From Methanothrix sp. (GTDB lineage Archaea; Halobacteriota; Methanosarcinia; Methanotrichales; Methanotrichaceae): a stretch of 64,000 nt of DNA. The stretch covers positions 1,152,001 to 1,216,000 of the forward strand of contig OY821645.1 in the NCBI GenBank assembly GCA_963682135.1, given 5' to 3'. The first letter of the stretch is position 1; each line of letters starts with the position of its first letter. Both the position numbers and the translations under genes were made by a program. Positions 61,552-64,000 of this stretch are shown here, one piece after another. The notes beneath the pieces were generated by a model, which saw only the letters and a program-made list of their open reading frames with translations, did no database searches and had not been told where the DNA came from.

Positions 61552-62029
61552 TCCAGCTTCGGTTGCAAGAAGGCTACTGCATCGATACATCTGCATTGAT
61601 CGACCTGCACACTAACCATTATCCTCCTGATATCTTCCCCTGTCTATGGAATGACCTGGAATCCCTGGTTGATCAGGGACTCTTAATCGCTCCTGATGAG
61701 GTGTTTCGAGAAATCTGCGTGAAGGATGATGATTTGGCAAAGTGGGGAAAGGCCAATCGGAAGATGTTCACTCCCCTTGATGACGATCAATCCGAGAAGT
61801 CTACAGCATCCTGGAAAAGTTTCCTGGCCTCGTGGATTTGAATAAAACTATTCCTGAAGCAGACCCGTTTCTTATTGCCCTGGCTAAATGCAGAGCCTGG
61901 ACGGTTGTTACATCGGAAAAGCCTAATAATAGCCCAGTCAGGCCGAAGATACCGAATGTATGCAAAGGCCTCGATGTCAGATGGATCAAATTGCTGGAGT
62001 TCTTTAGGGAAGTGAAGCTGAAATATTGA
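61548..62029 (+). pseudogene. DUF4411 (PIN-like) gene with a single frameshift near 61790
   Basis: YCIDTSALI...YP.DIFP.LW in one frame; ADPFLIALA...VVT.E...KIP.VC in the next. Confidence 0.85.
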
Positions 62030-62045
62030 TAGGATGATCGGCATG

Positions 62046-62495
62046 CAATCCTGTGCTCGTATCCCATCGCCTCCACCCGTCGCCGTTGGCCTCCCTGCAC
62101 CACCCAGATCTCCTCCACCACTACCATCTCTCTGATCACCGTCAGGGCGCACACCTTGCGGGCCGCCTGCAGCCCATCCGGCCCGACGGTGAAGGCCGGC
62201 TCATAGTCCCCGCCCGTGCTCATCACCATCTCCCGCGCCTATCTCCGGTCCCACCACCTCCGCCAGGCCAGCGGCCACGGGCAACGCCTCTTCCTGCACC
62301 ACAAAGCCCACCCGGCTCACCTGCGCCAGGTCGGAGAGCGAGAGCGCCAGGCCGTCGATGTTGTCCATTACGGTCGTGACTGCCTGGCTTTTGGCCTGGG
62401 CCCGGCCCGCGGCCAGGCGCTTCTCGGGCTCCAGCGGCCTCGTGATGAACTCGCCCTCCACTGCACTGCTGCCAGGCCCACAGGCCCCCGCCCGC
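62046..62495 (-). pseudogene. decayed 3' fragment of thiL-like gene, copy B
   Basis: MDNIDGLALSLSDLA..S.VGF, GGDYE..FTV, LTVI and GYEH match the ThiL C-terminal domain. Confidence 0.85.
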
Positions 62496-62705
62496 CCGCG
62501 CCCAGCGCGCGCGGGCGGGACGAGCCTGCACATATGCGGCGGGGTAGGCTTTGGCGGAATCTTTTCCATATGCTCAATATATTTATTTTTTTCGTCCAAA
62601 AAAGATAAATTAATCATGATTGAATCACCCAATTGAGGATACAAATGAGCAGATCGACATTTTTGACCAAAGGCTTTTTATTTGATCCTGCGATGATACC
62701 CCGAT

Positions 62706-63224
62706 ATGAAGAAAGGGAATGCGCTAATGGCATTAATCTTGTTGTTTAGTGCGGTGGTTTTCGTAACGCCGTTGGCTTTACCAAAAGAAGAACCTATGGC
62801 CGTACCAAATGCTTCGCTAAGCGCATTATCCAACAAGACCGAACTCGTTTCATTTGTTGAGAGTGCTGTGGCCTATGCCCAAAAGAACGGCAAAGATAAA
62901 GCACTCAAGGAGTTCAGCAATAATACCGGCTTATTTGTCCAAGGGGACTTCTACATCTACGCTTACGACTTCAATGGAACTTGCCTTGCCCACCCATTCA
63001 AATCCGATTGGATAGGCAAAAACAAGCTGGATGTAACTGATTCGAATGGCGTTCCATCTCTCAAGAACACTATCAATGTAGCCAGGGAGGGGAAAGGATT
63101 CACTTACTTCATCTTCCCGAACCCTGCTCACGATAATAGAGATGAATTCAAGATTGCTTACGCGATGAAAGTGGATGACGATTGGTTCCTTGGATCTGGA
63201 ATCTACATATCGTGTCCGCAATAG
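62706..63224 (+). CDS. secreted single Cache-domain protein
   Basis: Signal peptide; G.DKAL.EF, YIYAYD..G..LAHP, D.NG and W.LGSGIY. Confidence 0.9.
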   Translation: MKKGNALMALILLFSAVVFVTPLALPKEEPMAVPNASLSALSNKTELVSFVESAVAYAQKNGKDKALKEFSNNTGLFVQGDFYIYAYDFNGTCLAHPFKSDWIGKNKLDVTDSNGVPSLKNTINVAREGKGFTYFIFPNPAHDNRDEFKIAYAMKVDDDWFLGSGIYISCPQ

Positions 63225-63390
63225 ATAGCTATTCAAATTTTTGCTTTTGCGTTCAGGTCGTCAGTCTCCGCTACCGTCCCCTTAGTCAGTCATTAGGGAA
63301 GTCGTGAAGATTCTGCTAGTACATCTGGGCCTAATTAGCGCCCATGATTATGAAGGAATAATGCATCTTTTTAAACGCCTGATCGTTTTT

Positions 63391-63445
63391 CGCGGCTTCG
63401 CGTGAGATTCAATAGGGTCTGGTTTCGCGCGACGACACGAAGCCC
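63391..63445. repeat. short palindromic element (REP-like), copy 2
   Basis: GGCTTCG...CGAAGCC arms; related to 34221-34265. Confidence 0.55.
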
Positions 63446-63467
63446 CGATGTCAAAATATTGGTCTAT

Positions 63468-63591
63468 TATCATGGAAAATGAACTCCGCCAAATCGAGCA
63501 GCCTTGAGCCAATAATGATCGAGCGTCAGTGGCTTTTGTAAGTCTCGATACAGCGCGTCCAGTATGTCAAATATTTCCGTGCTCTACCACA
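63468..63591 (+). repeat. partial duplicate of the HEPN gene 3' end and downstream sequence (59770-59894)
   Basis: Shared GAAAATGAACTCC, CAGCCTTGAGCCAATAATG and AGCGTCAGT.GCTTTTGTAAGT.TCGATACAG. Confidence 0.9.
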
Positions 63592-63775
63592 CCTAATATG
63601 GGACTGATCTTCTCCGCCAATGCCTCTGGCTCCTTAGTTGTTCCTAAGTCCAAGTCCATGAAGAAGTTACTGTTGTCCTGATCATACAGGCTGCTAAATC
63701 CAGAATTTTAATGATGATATTACACGCAAGTGTCTATTAATATTAGGAATGCATTCTAGGGTATGGAGTGCAAAA

Positions 63776-64000
63776 ATGAGACTTAGAGTAATCAGCGCCA
63801 GAAATGAAATACCAAATTTGAACCCAAATGAGAAGACAGTTCACCTGGCCTTCCGAGCCAGTAATGTAGATTTCCTTAACCTGATGCAGAGATGCCCCAG
63901 GCTGAGAATGATTCAGGTCCCGCCATCCTACCGCAAGACTATGTCCAATGCCATCCAGGTATTCCTGGAGATGCAGGGCGTTGAGATGCTGGAAGGCGAC
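63776..64000 (+). CDS. DUF1699 family protein (3'-truncated by window edge)
   Basis: MRLRVISARNEIPNLNPNEKTVHLAFRASNVDF...P.SY.KT.S..I..FLEMQG...LEGD. Confidence 0.85.
   Translation, partial: MRLRVISARNEIPNLNPNEKTVHLAFRASNVDFLNLMQRCPRLRMIQVPPSYRKTMSNAIQVFLEMQGVEMLEGD

Overview
Chromosomal window from a methanogenic archaeon, most likely Methanothrix (Methanotrichaceae). This is inferred from an mcrB-D-G-A operon lacking mcrC and from the gene complement. The conserved backbone carries carAB, five tRNAs (one with a BHB intron), a TetR/ABC-2 exporter unit, an IorA-like gene, marker protein 11, truD, pth2, dnaG, nmd3, an MCM helicase with a 170-aa mini-intein, pelota, topA, mcrBDGA, hflX, srp19, nifB and moaA. 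Two accessory regions stand out. (1) About 4.5-11 kb, downstream of tRNA-Phe, are two copies of a cassette-like unit with conserved ends and different cargo. The ends include a type IIG R-M gene collapsed to about 80 codons, and five same-strand 'EEAKxKxWWxFWK' coding tags sit at or near the cargo boundaries. (2) About 54.3-63.6 kb, downstream of moaA, toxin-antitoxin and defence-like modules (VapBC relic, GNAT pair, SLATT + TIR-beta-helix, MNT-HEPN, HTH-IrrE + DUF4411) alternate with decayed partial copies of housekeeping genes (moaA, thiL twice, rpiA). Most of these copies begin at GC-rich tracts, and no integrase or transposase is visible. All family assignments come from motif recognition by eye, not from database searches.
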